In this document: positions 21,200-35,473 of the stretch, piece after piece
Layout: each line of letters starts with the position of its first letter
How positions within the stretch are numbered: position 1 is the first letter of the stretch
Assembly: GCA_963785725.1 (NCBI GenBank)
Contig: CAWAWS010000047.1
Span: 1-64,000, forward strand
From: an uncultured delta proteobacterium
GTDB taxonomy: Bacteria; Myxococcota_A; Polyangia; Palsa-1104
Length of the DNA: 64,000 nucleotides
Reading direction: 5' to 3'
Notes under the pieces: generated by a model
Database searches by the model: none
What the model was told of the DNA's origin: nothing
What the model saw: only the letters and a program-made list of their open reading frames with translations
Made by a program: the position numbers and the translations under genes

Positions 21200-21921
21200 T
21201 CACCGACTCCGATGGTGGCTTTGGCGATCTTGCCCAGCGGATCGTCGAAGCGCCAGGCGCGCGACTTGCCGACGAGGCACTGCCCGAAAGCGTCGTCGAG
21301 CGGCGCGTCGGCCGACAGGCCCGCCGACGCCACTTTGCCGCCGGGCACGACGTAGACCGTCATCGTCAGCGTCGGCGTCGGCGAATTTCCCGACTTCAGC
21401 TTGCAGGCGCTGACGTCGCGCTTGTGCTTGGCCGCGACCGGCTGCACGCGATCGCCTTCCCAGGTCGTGACCGCGCGCTTGTGGTGGAACTCGATCGGAT
21501 AAGTGAATTCAGCCTCGGGACCGGCGCCGTGCGGCTTGGCGAAGTGCAGCTCGCGCGCGACCGTCAAGACGCAGCGCTCGGCGTCCCAATTGCCGAACGT
21601 CGACGAGATGACGTAGGCCGACTTGGCGTCGCCCGTCGCTGCCACGCGCAGCTTGACCTCGATCTTGCCGCCCAAATAGTTCAAGCGCTCGGTCGCGTCG
21701 GTGTAGCAGCGCGTGATGTCGTCCCAGCGACGCTGGAACGGCCCGGCGATCTCGTCGTCGGTGAGCGTGCCCATGCCGCCGGCCATCTGCACTTGATCGG
21801 GCTCCTCCGGCTTCGGCGCCGGCCGAACAATTTCCGGCGGCGGAGCCGCCGGGGGCGGCTTTGGCGCCTCGTGGGCGCAGCCGGCGACGAAAATAGCCAC
21901 CACCACCGCCCACGCCCGCAT
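21196..21921 (-). CDS. Lipoprotein with two AgmX/PglI C-terminal (TonB-C-like) domains
   Basis: FVAGC lipobox and Pro-rich linker; ITRCY..GKIEVKLRV..STFG..ERCV..F.KP..FTYPIEF; second repeat with paired Cys. Confidence 0.75.
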   Translation of the reverse strand: MRAWAVVVAIFVAGCAHEAPKPPPAAPPPEIVRPAPKPEEPDQVQMAGGMGTLTDDEIAGPFQRRWDDITRCYTDATERLNYLGGKIEVKLRVAATGDAKSAYVISSTFGNWDAERCVLTVARELHFAKPHGAGPEAEFTYPIEFHHKRAVTTWEGDRVQPVAAKHKRDVSACKLKSGNSPTPTLTMTVYVVPGGKVASAGLSADAPLDDAFGQCLVGKSRAWRFDDPLGKIAKATIGVGE

Positions 21922-22352
21922 CAGTACTGCGCTCCCAAGTGCACGGTCCGCATGTACGGCACCGTCGTCGGTCCGTCGGCAAAGCTCCAGGTCGCTACTT
22001 GTTTCGTCACGCAGCCCTCGATGTTGGCGTTGCCGATGGTCGACTTGAGCAGCCGGACATTGCCCGGCGCTCCCGACGGCGAAATGTCCATGCCGATGGT
22101 GACGTCGCCTTCGAGCTTACGGTTGTGGTTCTTCTCGTATTCCTGCGCCCAGCAGTCCTGCAGCTCGCCCACTTTGCGCGCGAAGACGTGCTCGATCGCG
22201 TCCTGGCGATCCGGGCTCACCGAATCCGGCGCCGGCGCCGCCGCCTGCTCGCCCATTGCAGGGTCGGGCCGATGCGTGTTCTTGGTCTCGTCCGGCGTCC
22301 CTGCACACCCGATCCACGACAACAGCCCTGCCACCGCCAGCACCTTACGCAT
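21921..22352 (-). CDS. Lipoprotein with an AgmX/PglI C-terminal (TonB-C-like) domain
   Basis: WIGC lipobox; LQDCW...LEGDVTIGMDISPSG...STIGNANIEGCV...WSF. Confidence 0.75.
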   Translation of the reverse strand: MRKVLAVAGLLSWIGCAGTPDETKNTHRPDPAMGEQAAAPAPDSVSPDRQDAIEHVFARKVGELQDCWAQEYEKNHNRKLEGDVTIGMDISPSGAPGNVRLLKSTIGNANIEGCVTKQVATWSFADGPTTVPYMRTVHLGAQY

Positions 22353-22354
22353 GG

Positions 22355-23499
<1,145 letters not shown>

Positions 23500-23504
23500 A
23501 ACGC

Positions 23505-24292
23505 TTATTTACCTTCGAATTCGGCGGGGCGTTTGGCGAGGAACGCGCTCATGCCCTCTTTTTGATCCTGCGTCGCGAAAGCGAGCGCGAACAGCTCGGC
23601 CTCGTAGTCGTTGCCCGCCGGCAGGCTGAGCTCCTGCGATTTGCGGACGCAGCGACGCGCGTACTGCGATCGCGATCGGCCCTTTGCTGGCGATCTTCTC
23701 GGCCGTCTTGCGCGTCTCGCGCCATGAGCTCGGCCGCGGGAATGACGCGATTGACGAGCCCGATGCGCAGCGCCTCGTCGGCGCCGATGATGTCGCCGGT
23801 CAACACCAGCTCCATCGCGCGCCCGGGGCCGACCCGACGCGGCAGTCGCTGCGTGCCGCCGAAGCCGGGGATGACGCCCAGGTTGACCTCGGGCTGCCCG
23901 AACTTGGCCTTGTCGCTGGCGTAGATGAAGTCGCAAGCCAGCGCCAATTCGCAGCCGCCGCCGAGCGCGAAGCCGTTGACGGCGGCGATGACCGGCTTCT
24001 GCAGCTGCTCCATCGCGTCGCCGGCGGCGCGACCGGCCGCCGACATGCCGCGCGCCTCGGTCGCGTCGAGGCCGGACATCTCGGCGATGTCGGCGCCGGC
24101 GACGAACGCCTTGTCGCCGGCGCCCGTCAAGATGACGCAGCGAATGCGCGCGTCGCCGTCGGCTTCGCGCACCGCCCAGGCGATCTCGTTGAGCGTCTGG
24201 CGGTTGAGCGCGTTGAGCGCCTTCTCGCGCGCGACGGTGATGGTCGCGATAAACCCGTCCACTTCGTATCGAACGTTGTCGAACGACGGCAT
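23505..24292 (-). CDS. crt: Enoyl-CoA hydratase (crotonase); +1 frameshifts near 23720 and 23665
   Basis: ALNALN, AFVAGADI, NGFALGGGCELA, GQPEVNLG..PGFGGTQRL; C-terminus DQKEGMSAFL.KR in another frame. Confidence 0.88.
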
Positions 24293-24307
24293 TGTCGGGT
24301 CCTCGAA

Positions 24308-25157
<850 letters not shown>

Positions 25158-25174
25158 ATCGATCCTTGCTTTGG

Positions 25175-26352
<1,178 letters not shown>

Positions 26353-26434
26353 GAAAGAGCTCCTTTATGGTTGGGGCATAACGCACGGTCGAACAAAGGT
26401 CAACGTCAACCCGGCGACGAAATCGCTTTCGGAT

Positions 26435-26463
26435 TTGACGCTTTGCACCGTAGACGCTACGGT
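26435..26463 (+). promoter_or_regulatory. Sigma70-type promoter, probably leaderless
   Basis: TTGACG (26435-26440), 17 nt, TACGGT (26458-26463), then 7 nt to ATG 26471 with no SD sequence. Confidence 0.55.
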
Positions 26464-26470
26464 CGGGTCA

Positions 26471-28416
26471 ATGGCTCCGTGTCTTCGCCGGCTGCTCCCG
26501 TGGCTGGTCGTCGCCGCCGCAAGCTGTTCGAGCCACAAGGGTCCGCCGCTGCGTGTCGTGCTGGCCCATTCGGCGACGAGCGACGCGCGCTGCGTTTCAC
26601 CCAGCGGCACCCAGGCGCAAGACACGCCGCTGACGAGCGACATGGTGGCAACGCTGCGCTTGACCGTCGTTCGCCACGCGCAAGCGGACGATGCGGGCAC
26701 GTTCTTATGCGATCGCGTGCTGCAAGTGCCGCGCGATACGCCGTCGGTGGAAGTGCCGGCGGGCGGCAACGCGACGTTCGACCTGTACGGCGAAGCCTTC
26801 GCCGCGCCCGTCGCCGGCGCCGCGCCGCAGCGTGTGGCCGTGGGCGCGCTCATGAATGTGCCGTTCGCGTCCAAGACGCTGCCCGATCTGCGGCTTTACC
26901 CGTCGGATGCAGTTCGCCTGCGTCGACCAGCGCATGCAACGGCCGCGCGCGTTTCATTCGGCGACGCTCCTGCCCAACGGTCAGCTGCTCATCATCGGCG
27001 GCCTGACGACGCGGCCAAGACGCGACGGTCGACACGTTCGCGCCCAATCCGCTCTTCGTGGCCGCCGACGCCGAAGTCTACGATCCGGCGACGGGCACGT
27101 TCACGACGATCGTCGAAGGCGCGCCGCCGACGCCGCGCGCGTTCCATCAGGCGGCGCTGGTGAATACGACGGCGCCCTATCACATCCTGCTCGTCGGCGG
27201 CCTGACCGTGGCCGACACGAACGACGCCGGCGATGGGCTTGAACACGGGCGCGGGCTCGGGAACGCGGCTGATTCCGTTCGACACGTCAGGCTCGGTGTT
27301 CAGCCCGCTGTCGACGGCAGCCGCCGGCGCCGAGCTCATCACCTACGACCCGAACGCGCGGACCATCAAGCGCGCCCCGTTCGCCGGCTTCACGCCCGGC
27401 GCGTTTCAGGCGGGCGCCCCGTTCGCCGACGGCGTCGTCGTCGCCGACGGCATCGACTGGATGGGCATGCCCCTGTCCATGACGATCCCCGAGACGAAGC
27501 AGGTGGCGGTGTCGCGCGCGCTCGAGACGCCGCGCACGACGGCGCCGGCCATCGCGCGCATGGGCGCGACGTTGACTGCCATCAGCGACGACGCGGCGCT
27601 CTTGTGGGGCGGGCAGATTACGCCGACCGATCCGGCCGGCGGCTGGATTACCGGCTTGTCCGCCGGCGGCGCGGTGACCGACACGGCGATTACGGCGGCG
27701 ACGGCGCCCATCACGCAGTTTCACACGGCGACGATCGCGACCGTCGATGCGACCTCGCTGGCGGCGACGCTGTTCGTGAGCGGCGGCTTCGTGCAGACGA
27801 CGACCAACGGCGGACAGGCGCTGCAGCCGCCGGCGGCGAACGTGGCCGCGCGCGTCTTGAGCGTGACGCCGGCCGGGGTGGTCACGGCCGCGGCGGCGCC
27901 GACGCTGAGCGGCTTCACGTACGACGCCGCCTGCGCCGATCCGGCGCGCTACAAGCCGGCCGGCTGGGAAGCGGCGACGGCGCTGTCGCGCCATCGCGTC
28001 TTCGTCTCGGGCGGCGCGCCCACGGCGCCGGTCAACGGCGTCACGCTGCAACGACTGCGACGGCGGCAACACCATCTTGTGCGCCTCGAAACAGGGCGCC
28101 ATGTTCACGGCCACGACGCCGGCGACGTTGGCGCCGACGACGGGCAAGATGCAGGTGCCGCGCTTCGGCCACACGGCCACGCTCATGCATGACAACAACG
28201 TGCTCATCGTCGGCGGCATCGGCTCCGGCGACGGCACCGCGCATGTGTTGTGGGACGCCGAACAATACGATCCACGCCCCGCCGTGTCGCTGTACGACGC
28301 GGCTTCGGGGCTGCCCGATCCCGACGATCCCGATCGCCGTCGAGCTGACCGCCACGCATCAGTCGCGCGCGCCGGCCCAGCCGCTGTCGGCGACGAGCCA
28401 ATGCGGCGCGCTTTGA
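26471..28416 (+). CDS. Kelch-repeat lipoprotein; about five +1 frameshifts
   Basis: AAASC lipobox; Kelch repeats PRAFHSATLLPNGQLLIIGG, PRAFHQAALV and PRFGHTATLM..VLIVGG..AEQYDP in successive frames. Confidence 0.75.
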
Positions 28417-28430
28417 CGTAAGTTCTAGCG

Positions 28431-29628
28431 GTGGCGAACGTGACGAAGGCGGCGCGATGGATCTGGCTGGCGGTGGCGCTGTCGTCCGGCTGCGCGACGC
28501 TGCCGAACGAGGCGCGCGTCAAGCGGCAGGCGGAGTCGATCGTGTGGGGCGCGCTCGGCGATCGCTCGCCGGCGCTGCGGCTGCGCGCGACGCGCGTCGC
28601 GATCGCGCTCGACGGAGATCCGCTGCTGGCGCGCGGCCTCGAGGCGCGGCTCGCCGATGACGCGCCCGTCGTCCGCGCGGCGGCGGCGGCGGCGTTGGCG
28701 CGCACGAAACCGGCAGCGGCCGCGGTGTTACGCGCGGCGCTCGACGGCAGCGACAGCGCCGCGCGTGCGGCCGCCCTCGACGGCGTGTCCGCACTGCCCG
28801 ACGCTCGCGCGCGGCTCGCTCGGCTCGCCGGCGACGCCGATGCCGACGTCCGCGCCCGCACGGCGACGGCCTTGGCCGCGCTGCATGCGCCCGACGCGCA
28901 CGCTCTCTTGTCGACGCTGGCGCACGATGCCGACGCCAGCGTACGCGCACAGGCCGTCTCGGCGCTGGGCGCGCTCGCCGATCGCGCCGCCCTCGGCGAC
29001 ATTGCGTCCGCGCTGACCGACGCCGCGCTGGGCGTTCGACTGGCGGCGCTGGGCGCGCTCGTGCGCGTCGATCCCGCCGACCTCGACGCGCGACTGCAGG
29101 CGCTCGCCGTCGGTGCCGACCGCTATCTCGCGTTGCGCGCCGTCGTGCAGCTGGCGCACGCGCGCCCGGCCGCGCTGCCGTCGACGGCCTTGTCCGCCGC
29201 CGCCGGCGCGGCCGATCCGGCGCTGCGCGTCGCGGCCATGAACGCCGCCGGCGAGCTGGGCGCGAGCGGTCGCGCGCCCGCGACGGCCGCGCTCGCCGAC
29301 GCCGTGCTCGAGGTGCGCCTCGCCGCGGCGCGCGCCCTCATCGCCGGCGGCGCCGAGCGAGCCGGCCCGCGCCGTCTTCCGCGCCGCGCTCGACGGTCCG
29401 CGCGCGCTCGACGCCGCCGAAGAATTGGCGCGCGTGGGCGATACGACCGGCCTTGCACGACTGCGCGCCGCCGCCGATTCCCCCAACGCCGCCCTCCGCC
29501 GCGACGCGCTGGCGCGGTTGGCGCCGCTGCCGGCCGCGCGCGATCGCCTCATCGCCGCCCTCGACGACAGCGACGCCGACATTCGCCTCGACGCGGCCGC
29601 CGCCCTCATCCGCCGCATCATCCGATAA
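28431..29628 (+). CDS. HEAT-repeat lipoprotein; +1 frameshift near 29360
   Basis: LSSGC lipobox; repeated L.D....VR..AA.AL units continue in frame 29425-29628. Confidence 0.78.
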
Positions 29629-29643
29629 CGGGCGTCGGCGAAT

Positions 29644-31324
29644 CTAACGCAACATCGCCGGATCGACGTCGCTGCGATGGCGCTCGGCCACGAGCAGCTC
29701 CGTCAACGCGACGACGTCGGCATCGCTCAGCTTGTCGGCGCCGAAGCGGGTCATCTCGTTGCGCTCGTCGTAGTAAAGGCCGCCGCCGCCGTCGCGGATG
29801 AGCCCGGCGATCCACGCCGGCTGCGCGCGGCCGCCCAAGTTGGGCGCGCCTTCGCCCGCGGTCTTGCCGTCGCGCGAATGGCAGTCGTCGCAGCTCTCGC
29901 GCGCGTAGATCCGCTGGCCCGCCGCCACCAGCGCTGCGTCCACCGCGCCGCCGCCCTCGCCGTACACGAGCTCGACGAGCGCGCGCAGCTCTTGTCCGCG
30001 CACTTTGACCGGCTTCATGTCGTGCAGCCGCTTGGTCTTGCCGAAGTAGCGCGGCGCATCGGGATCCTGCAGGAAATCGGTCAGCCACGCCCGCGACGAC
30101 CAGCCCGTCAGCTGCGGCCCGCGCGCCTCGCCGACGCCGTCGAGCACGTGACAGCCGCTGCAGTGGGCGGCGAACAGCGCGCGGCCGTGCGCGGCCGGAT
30201 CGTTCTCGTACACGGCGGTGCCACCGGCCGGCGGCACGCCCAGCTTGGCTAGCTGCAGCGCGCGCTCGGCCTCGGCGTCGGCGCGCGCGCGGCCGCGCCG
30301 ATAGGCTTCGCTGCGGCCGTCGTCGAGCCGCGCCTGCACGCCGAGCCCGCCGCCGGCGGCGAAGAGCAGGAGCAGCATCGCCAGCGCCGTGCGCCGCGGA
30401 ATGCCGAGCGGCAGCGCCGCCAGCGCCAGCACGACGACGAGCGGCACACCCAGCGCGCCGATGGGCTCGAGCGCGCCCGGCAGATACTTCAGCAGCTGAA
30501 ACAGCGGCAGGAAATACCACTCGGGCCGCGCATCGTACGACGACGACGGATCGGCCGGCCCCTCGAGCGGCGCGCCGTGCGCATGCCAGACGCTGACGAA
30601 CAGCCAGCCCAACATGAGCGCCATCGCCAGCACATTGCGCAGTGTCTGACGCGGCCAAAACGGCTCCAGCTTGCCTGAATTGGCCGGGTTGGCCACGCCC
30701 ACGCGACGGACGAGGATGACGTGGGTCGCCGTCGCCATCGTCAACGCCACCGGCAACAAGATCGTGTGCAGCGCGTAGAAATGCGTCAGCGTCAGGTTGC
30801 CGTAATCGCTGCCGCCTTGCAGGAGCGTGCGCAGCCAGCCGCCGATGAGCAGGCGTCTCGCCGATGAGCGAGGTCGCCACCTGCGTCGCCCAATAGCCCT
30901 TCTGATCCCACGGCAACAGGTAGCCCGTCAGCGCGAAGGCGAGCACCAAGCCGAGCATGACGAGGCCGATCCACCAGTTGAGATCGCGCGGGCTACGATA
31001 AGCGCCCCACCACACGACCTGCACGAGATGCGCGCACGTGGCCACGATCAGCAGCGACGCGCCGGTCGCATGCAGGCCGCGAATGAGCCAGCCGAGCGTC
31101 ACCTCCTGCTGCAGATAAGCGACCGAGGCCCACGCCGTCGTCGACGAGGGCGCGTAAAAGCTGGCGAGCAAGAAGCCGGTGACGCCTTGCAGGACGAAGC
31201 CGAACACGCACAGGCCGCCGAGCACGTAGCTCCAGCGCGCACCGCCGGGAACAGCTTCGCTGCCGAGACGCTTCATCGCCGCGCGCCAGCCGGTGCGCGC
31301 GTCGAGCCAGTCGCCGAACGACAC
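29644..31324 (-). CDS. Cytochrome b (b6 + subunit IV-like) fused to two c-type heme domains; +1 frameshift near 30851
   Basis: GWLIRGLH, AHL, FTGY-like LTGYLLPWDQKGYWA, FYALH, RPEWYFL; CSGCH and CDDCH. Confidence 0.88.
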
Positions 31325-31326
31325 GG

Positions 31327-31842
31327 CTAGAGCGGTTCCTTGTCGCCGGTGGCGGTGCGGAAGCGACGGAAGCGCACGTGCACGCGGCCGTCGACGAGCT
31401 GCGTCTCCAGCGTGTCGAGCGGGCGCGGCGCCGGGCCGGTCAGCCGCTCGCCCGTCGGCGCAAACGTCGAGTCGTGACAGGGGCAGGCAAACGCGTTGCG
31501 CGCGGCGTCCCAATCGACGGCGCAGCCGGCGTGCGGACAGACCGTCGACAGCGCGCGCACGCCGAGCCCGTCGCGCACGAGCCAGCAGGCGCCGAGCGGC
31601 ACGTCCGTGAAGGCCGTCCATGCGTCGCGACGAACCGGCGCGCGCACGCTGACCCGCAGCGGCTTGCCGTCGACGACGCCGGCCAGAGGTCCGACATCGA
31701 TGGGCTCGTCACCGCCGAAGACCGTGCGCCGTCGCGTCGGGAAGCTGTAGAACGCCAGCGCCGGCAGCGCCAACGCGAGCCCCATCGCCGCGCTCACGCC
31801 GCCCACCAACGCTCCCATCAGGCGACGTCGACTGATCGTCAC
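31327..31842 (-). CDS. Rieske 2Fe-2S subunit (QcrA/PetC-like)
   Basis: Tat-like SRRRL plus TM helix; CPHAGC, CPCHDSTF, GPAPRPL. Confidence 0.92.
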   Translation of the reverse strand: MTISRRRLMGALVGGVSAAMGLALALPALAFYSFPTRRRTVFGGDEPIDVGPLAGVVDGKPLRVSVRAPVRRDAWTAFTDVPLGACWLVRDGLGVRALSTVCPHAGCAVDWDAARNAFACPCHDSTFAPTGERLTGPAPRPLDTLETQLVDGRVHVRFRRFRTATGDKEPL

Positions 31843-31867
31843 GCGGTCATCCTACAGCGCGCGGACG

Positions 31868-32809
31868 TTAGCTGCGGGCCTTCTTGCGTTTGCGGCGCTC
31901 GGCGTTGGCGTTGGGGAAGACGCGCGACGCGGCCGCCGCCGGCACCGCCGCGGCCGCCGCCGGCATCGCCTGATGATCGAGCCACAGCTGCAGCGAGTGC
32001 GGATCTTTGCGATAGCGCGAATAGAGCCACGCGAGCAGCACGGCGCCGGCGCTGAACGTCGCGATGCCGATCGCCTGCGACGTCGACAAGGGGCCGATCG
32101 CGCCGCGGCCTTCGTCGGCGCGCAGCGTCTCGACGTAGTAGCGCAGGACGGCGTAGCCCATCGTGAAGACGACGAACATCTCGCCCGAGAATTTACGGAA
32201 GCGGCGCGTGAGCATCAGCAAGCTGAAGAGCACGAGGCCGTTGAGCGACTCGTAAAGCTGCGTCGGATGCACCGGCAAGGAATGCGGCGCCGTCGCGGCG
32301 ATGAGGCCGTCGTGCACCTGCTCGTTGAACGCGGGTGAGCCGGCGGGAAAGATGATCGACCAGTGGCCGTCGAAGGGCTTGCCGAAGTCGCAGCCGTACA
32401 TGAGGCAGCCGATGCGCGTGATCATGAGGCCCGTGCACAGCGACGGCACCGCGCAGTCGGCCCAGGCGAGCAGTCGAATGCCGTAGATGCGGCAGAAGAC
32501 GAGCGAGCCTAAGAAGCCGCCGATGAAGCCGCCATAAGCGACGAGACCGCCCTGCCAGACCTTGAAAATGTCGATGAAGCTGTCGAAGTGGTCGAGGTTG
32601 GTGAAGACGTAGAGCAGCCGCGAGCCGACGACGGCCGAGCCGGCGGTCCACATGTAGCAGCGGCCCATCAGCTCTTTGTCCATGCCGTCGCGCTCGCACA
32701 GCGTGAGCGTGATGTACCAGCCGACGATGAGCGAGAGCGCCAGCATGAGCCCGTAGCTGTAGAGCGGGAGCTGCTGGATTCCGAAGACGTGGAACAGGAC
32801 TGGGCGCAT
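31868..32809 (-). CDS. lgt: Prolipoprotein diacylglyceryl transferase
   Basis: YSYGLM, GSRLLY, WQGGLVAYGG, RIGCLMYGCDFG, HPTQLYE, LRYYVETLR. Confidence 0.9.
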   Translation of the reverse strand: MRPVLFHVFGIQQLPLYSYGLMLALSLIVGWYITLTLCERDGMDKELMGRCYMWTAGSAVVGSRLLYVFTNLDHFDSFIDIFKVWQGGLVAYGGFIGGFLGSLVFCRIYGIRLLAWADCAVPSLCTGLMITRIGCLMYGCDFGKPFDGHWSIIFPAGSPAFNEQVHDGLIAATAPHSLPVHPTQLYESLNGLVLFSLLMLTRRFRKFSGEMFVVFTMGYAVLRYYVETLRADEGRGAIGPLSTSQAIGIATFSAGAVLLAWLYSRYRKDPHSLQLWLDHQAMPAAAAAVPAAAASRVFPNANAERRKRKKARS

Positions 32810-32948
32810 GAAGTTCGCGTTAGTATTGCCGAGCGCCTTGCAGCGTCAAGTGACGAGATTCGGTGCGGTTGCCGCGCATCGCTTGCTTGCCGTTCGGGCG
32901 ACCGTCCGCCGCCTGCCTGATCGCCGCGCCGACCTACAGTTGGGGGGT

Positions 32949-33446
32949 ATGAGGAACCTCGCTGCCTTGGCACTCGTCATCGCCGGCTGCGCGACCGGCG
33001 GCACGCCTCACTCGGCGCTCGCCGGCACCGCCAACAGCTACGTCCTCGACGGCATCGAGCTGAACGGCGTGCGCATCGGCCAAGAATCGGCCGCACGCGA
33101 GTGGCAACGCCCGACGGCCAACCACGTCGTCACCCGCACCGACGACGCCAGGTTACGCGATCAATTGGCCAGCGATCTGGGCCGCGAGCTGACGCTGGAG
33201 CCGGACGCGCCGCTGCATCTGCGCGTCGCGCTCACGCCGCAGGACACCGCCGACTTCGAAGGGTTCGCCGCCGAGACCGCCGACCTCACGCTCTCGGCCG
33301 CCGTCCTCGATAAGGACGGCGTCGTCCTGCGCACGATTACGCTGCGCGAAGCGGCCAACGCGCCCTTGCAGCGCACGGCGTCGCAGCGCACGCGCTTCGA
33401 CGGCGCGCTCGCTCGCCTGAGCCGTCGCTTGGCCCAGCAGCTCTGA
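32949..33446 (+). CDS. Hypothetical lipoprotein
   Basis: MRNLAALALVIAGC lipobox. Confidence 0.68.
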   Translation: MRNLAALALVIAGCATGGTPHSALAGTANSYVLDGIELNGVRIGQESAAREWQRPTANHVVTRTDDARLRDQLASDLGRELTLEPDAPLHLRVALTPQDTADFEGFAAETADLTLSAAVLDKDGVVLRTITLREAANAPLQRTASQRTRFDGALARLSRRLAQQL

Positions 33447-33521
33447 CCTCGCCACAAGAAACGGAGGAGCTACGAGAAGTTACGGCAACGGCGCGCCTGG
33501 TGACAGCGCGCGCCTCGGAGG

Positions 33522-33908
33522 TCAGCCGTACGCTTTCTCCATTCGCTCCTGATCTTCCTTGCAGCGAATGCAGAGCGTCGTTTCCGGTCGCGCCTCGAGC
33601 CGTTTGACCGAGATGGGCTCATCGCACTCCTCGCAAATTCCGAACGATCCGTCGTCGATCTTGGTCAACGCGTAATCGATCTTCTTGAGGAATGTCTTTT
33701 CGCGTCCGCGCAGCCGAAACGTGAATGATTGCAGGTACTCGGACGACGCCAGATCCATCTCATCCGGCAGGTCGTCTTGGTCCAGCATCATGTCTTCGTT
33801 CAGCGTGCGCTTGGCGTTGTTGAGGATCTCGGCCTTTTTCTCGAGCAGCAGGTCGCGGAACCGCTTCAGTTCCTTCTTCTTGAGACCTTCTGGATGCTTA
33901 GCGGTCAT
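33522..33908 (-). CDS. dksA: DksA/TraR C4 zinc-finger protein
   Basis: DEMDLA acidic tip, CEEC, RLEARP, CIRC. Confidence 0.9.
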   Translation of the reverse strand: MTAKHPEGLKKKELKRFRDLLLEKKAEILNNAKRTLNEDMMLDQDDLPDEMDLASSEYLQSFTFRLRGREKTFLKKIDYALTKIDDGSFGICEECDEPISVKRLEARPETTLCIRCKEDQERMEKAYG

Positions 33909-33980
33909 AGCGGTGCCCCTTGGGGGAACAAAAACCATAGATCACCTCCGGTTCACCGTCAAGCGCTGGTCACACGCCCA

Positions 33981-34619
33981 TCAGACAAACAGCCCCTGCA
34001 GCGTGAACGCGATCAGCTCGCGACCGACGTGGCGCAGGTCGAGCTTCGTCGGATCTTGCTTCACGAACGCCCAGTGCATCAGCTCTTTGGCCGAGCCGAG
34101 GACACAGCGCGCCACCAGCGTCGCGTCGCATTTGCGCACGAGGTGCATCTTCTGCCCGTTGTTGACCGCCGAGACGATGAGCGCCTCCAAGCGACCGTAA
34201 AACTGCTCCAGCTTGACGTCGAACTCGTCGTCGATGCCGACCGCTTCGCGCAGGAGAATGTGCGCCATCTCGCGGTTCTCGAGCAGCGTGTCGAAGACAC
34301 GATCGACCGTGGCGTTCATCTGCTCGACCGGCGGCGGCGCGTCGGGGCCGATCTCGATGCGCCGCACCGTCGCCGCCAAGGTCGTGAACAGCTCTTCGAG
34401 CAGCTCGTCGAAGATGGCGCGCTTCGACTCGAAATATAAATAGAACGTGCCGCGCGCGATGCCGGCGGCGGCGATGATGCCGTCGATCGACGTCGCGTGG
34501 TAGCCCTCGGCCGCAAACAGCCGGCGCGCGACGGCGAGCACGCCGATGCGCCGCGCCTCGCGCGCTCTTTGCGCACGCGCCACTCGGCCATCTGCCTTCT
34601 CGCCATATCGCGCCATCAC
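33981..34619 (-). CDS. TetR/AcrR family transcriptional regulator
   Basis: LFAAEGYHATSIDGIIAAAGIARGTFYLYFESK HTH. Start is GTG 34619 or ATG 34616. Confidence 0.9.
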   Translation of the reverse strand: MMARYGEKADGRVARAQRAREARRIGVLAVARRLFAAEGYHATSIDGIIAAAGIARGTFYLYFESKRAIFDELLEELFTTLAATVRRIEIGPDAPPPVEQMNATVDRVFDTLLENREMAHILLREAVGIDDEFDVKLEQFYGRLEALIVSAVNNGQKMHLVRKCDATLVARCVLGSAKELMHWAFVKQDPTKLDLRHVGRELIAFTLQGLFV

Positions 34620-34640
34620 GTGCTCGCATTTTAGCACGCG

Positions 34641-34671
34641 TTGACAGTGTGCCGCAGCGGTTCTATAGGAT
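34641..34671 (+). promoter_or_regulatory. Sigma70-type promoter of the peroxiredoxin gene
   Basis: TTGACA (34641-34646), 17 nt, TATAGG/TAGGAT; GGAGG RBS downstream. Confidence 0.55.
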
Positions 34672-34697
34672 TTACCTCTGCGAAAAGGGAGGCGAAC

Positions 34698-35339
34698 ATG
34701 AGCATCCAGCTGGGCAGCACGGCGCCTGACTTCGAGGCCGACACCACCGAAGGTCACATCAAATTCCACGCGTGGTTGGGCGGATCTTGGGGCGTGCTCT
34801 TTTCGCACCCGAAGGACTTCACGCCGGTGTGCACGACGGAGCTCGGCACCGTCGCGCGCATCAAGCCGGAGTTCGACAAGCGCGGCGTCAAGGTCATCGC
34901 GCTCAGCGTCGATCCCGTCGACAGCCACAAGCGCTGGATCAGCGACATCGAAGAGACGCAGTCGATCAAGATGAACTTCCCCATCATCGCCGACGTCGAC
35001 AGCAAGGTCTCGAACCTCTACGGCATGATCCATCCGGAAGCGGCGGCGACGGTGACGGTGCGCTCGGTCTACATCATCGACGGCAACAAGAAGGTGCGCG
35101 CGACGATTCAGTATCCGCCGTCGACGGGGCGCGACTTCAACGAGATCTTGCGCGTCATCGATTCGTTGCAGCTGACCGACAATTACAAGGTCGCGACGCC
35201 GGCCAATTGGAAAGACGGCGGCGAAGTCGTCATCGTCCCCTCGCTCACCGACGAGACCGAGCTGAAACAGCGCTTTCCGAAGGGCTGGCGAGCGCTCCGT
35301 CCGTACTTGCGTTTGACGCCGCAACCGAATAAGCCGTAG
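34698..35339 (+). CDS. Peroxiredoxin, Prx6 / 1-Cys type
   Basis: FSHPKDFTPVCTTE, YPPSTGRDFNEILRVIDSLQ, ATPANW. Confidence 0.95.
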   Translation: MSIQLGSTAPDFEADTTEGHIKFHAWLGGSWGVLFSHPKDFTPVCTTELGTVARIKPEFDKRGVKVIALSVDPVDSHKRWISDIEETQSIKMNFPIIADVDSKVSNLYGMIHPEAAATVTVRSVYIIDGNKKVRATIQYPPSTGRDFNEILRVIDSLQLTDNYKVATPANWKDGGEVVIVPSLTDETELKQRFPKGWRALRPYLRLTPQPNKP

Positions 35340-35405
35340 TATCTGTCTTAGCCCTACTCGCCCGCCTATTGGTCGACATCTTCACAGCCGCGCCGAGTTT
35401 CCGCC

Positions 35406-35435
35406 TTGACACTCTGGCTGTGCGAATCGTACGAT
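35406..35435 (+). promoter_or_regulatory. Sigma70-type promoter of the MXAN_4361-family gene
   Basis: TTGACA (35406-35411), 18 nt, TACGAT (35430-35435). Confidence 0.6.
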
Positions 35436-35473
35436 AGGTGAGCACTTTCCTGAGACTAGAGAGCGGAGGCGCC

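Noticed and set aside
33981..35324. 447-aa TetR with a long N-terminal extension
   Set aside because: The extension is antisense to the peroxiredoxin gene; the real start is about 34619.
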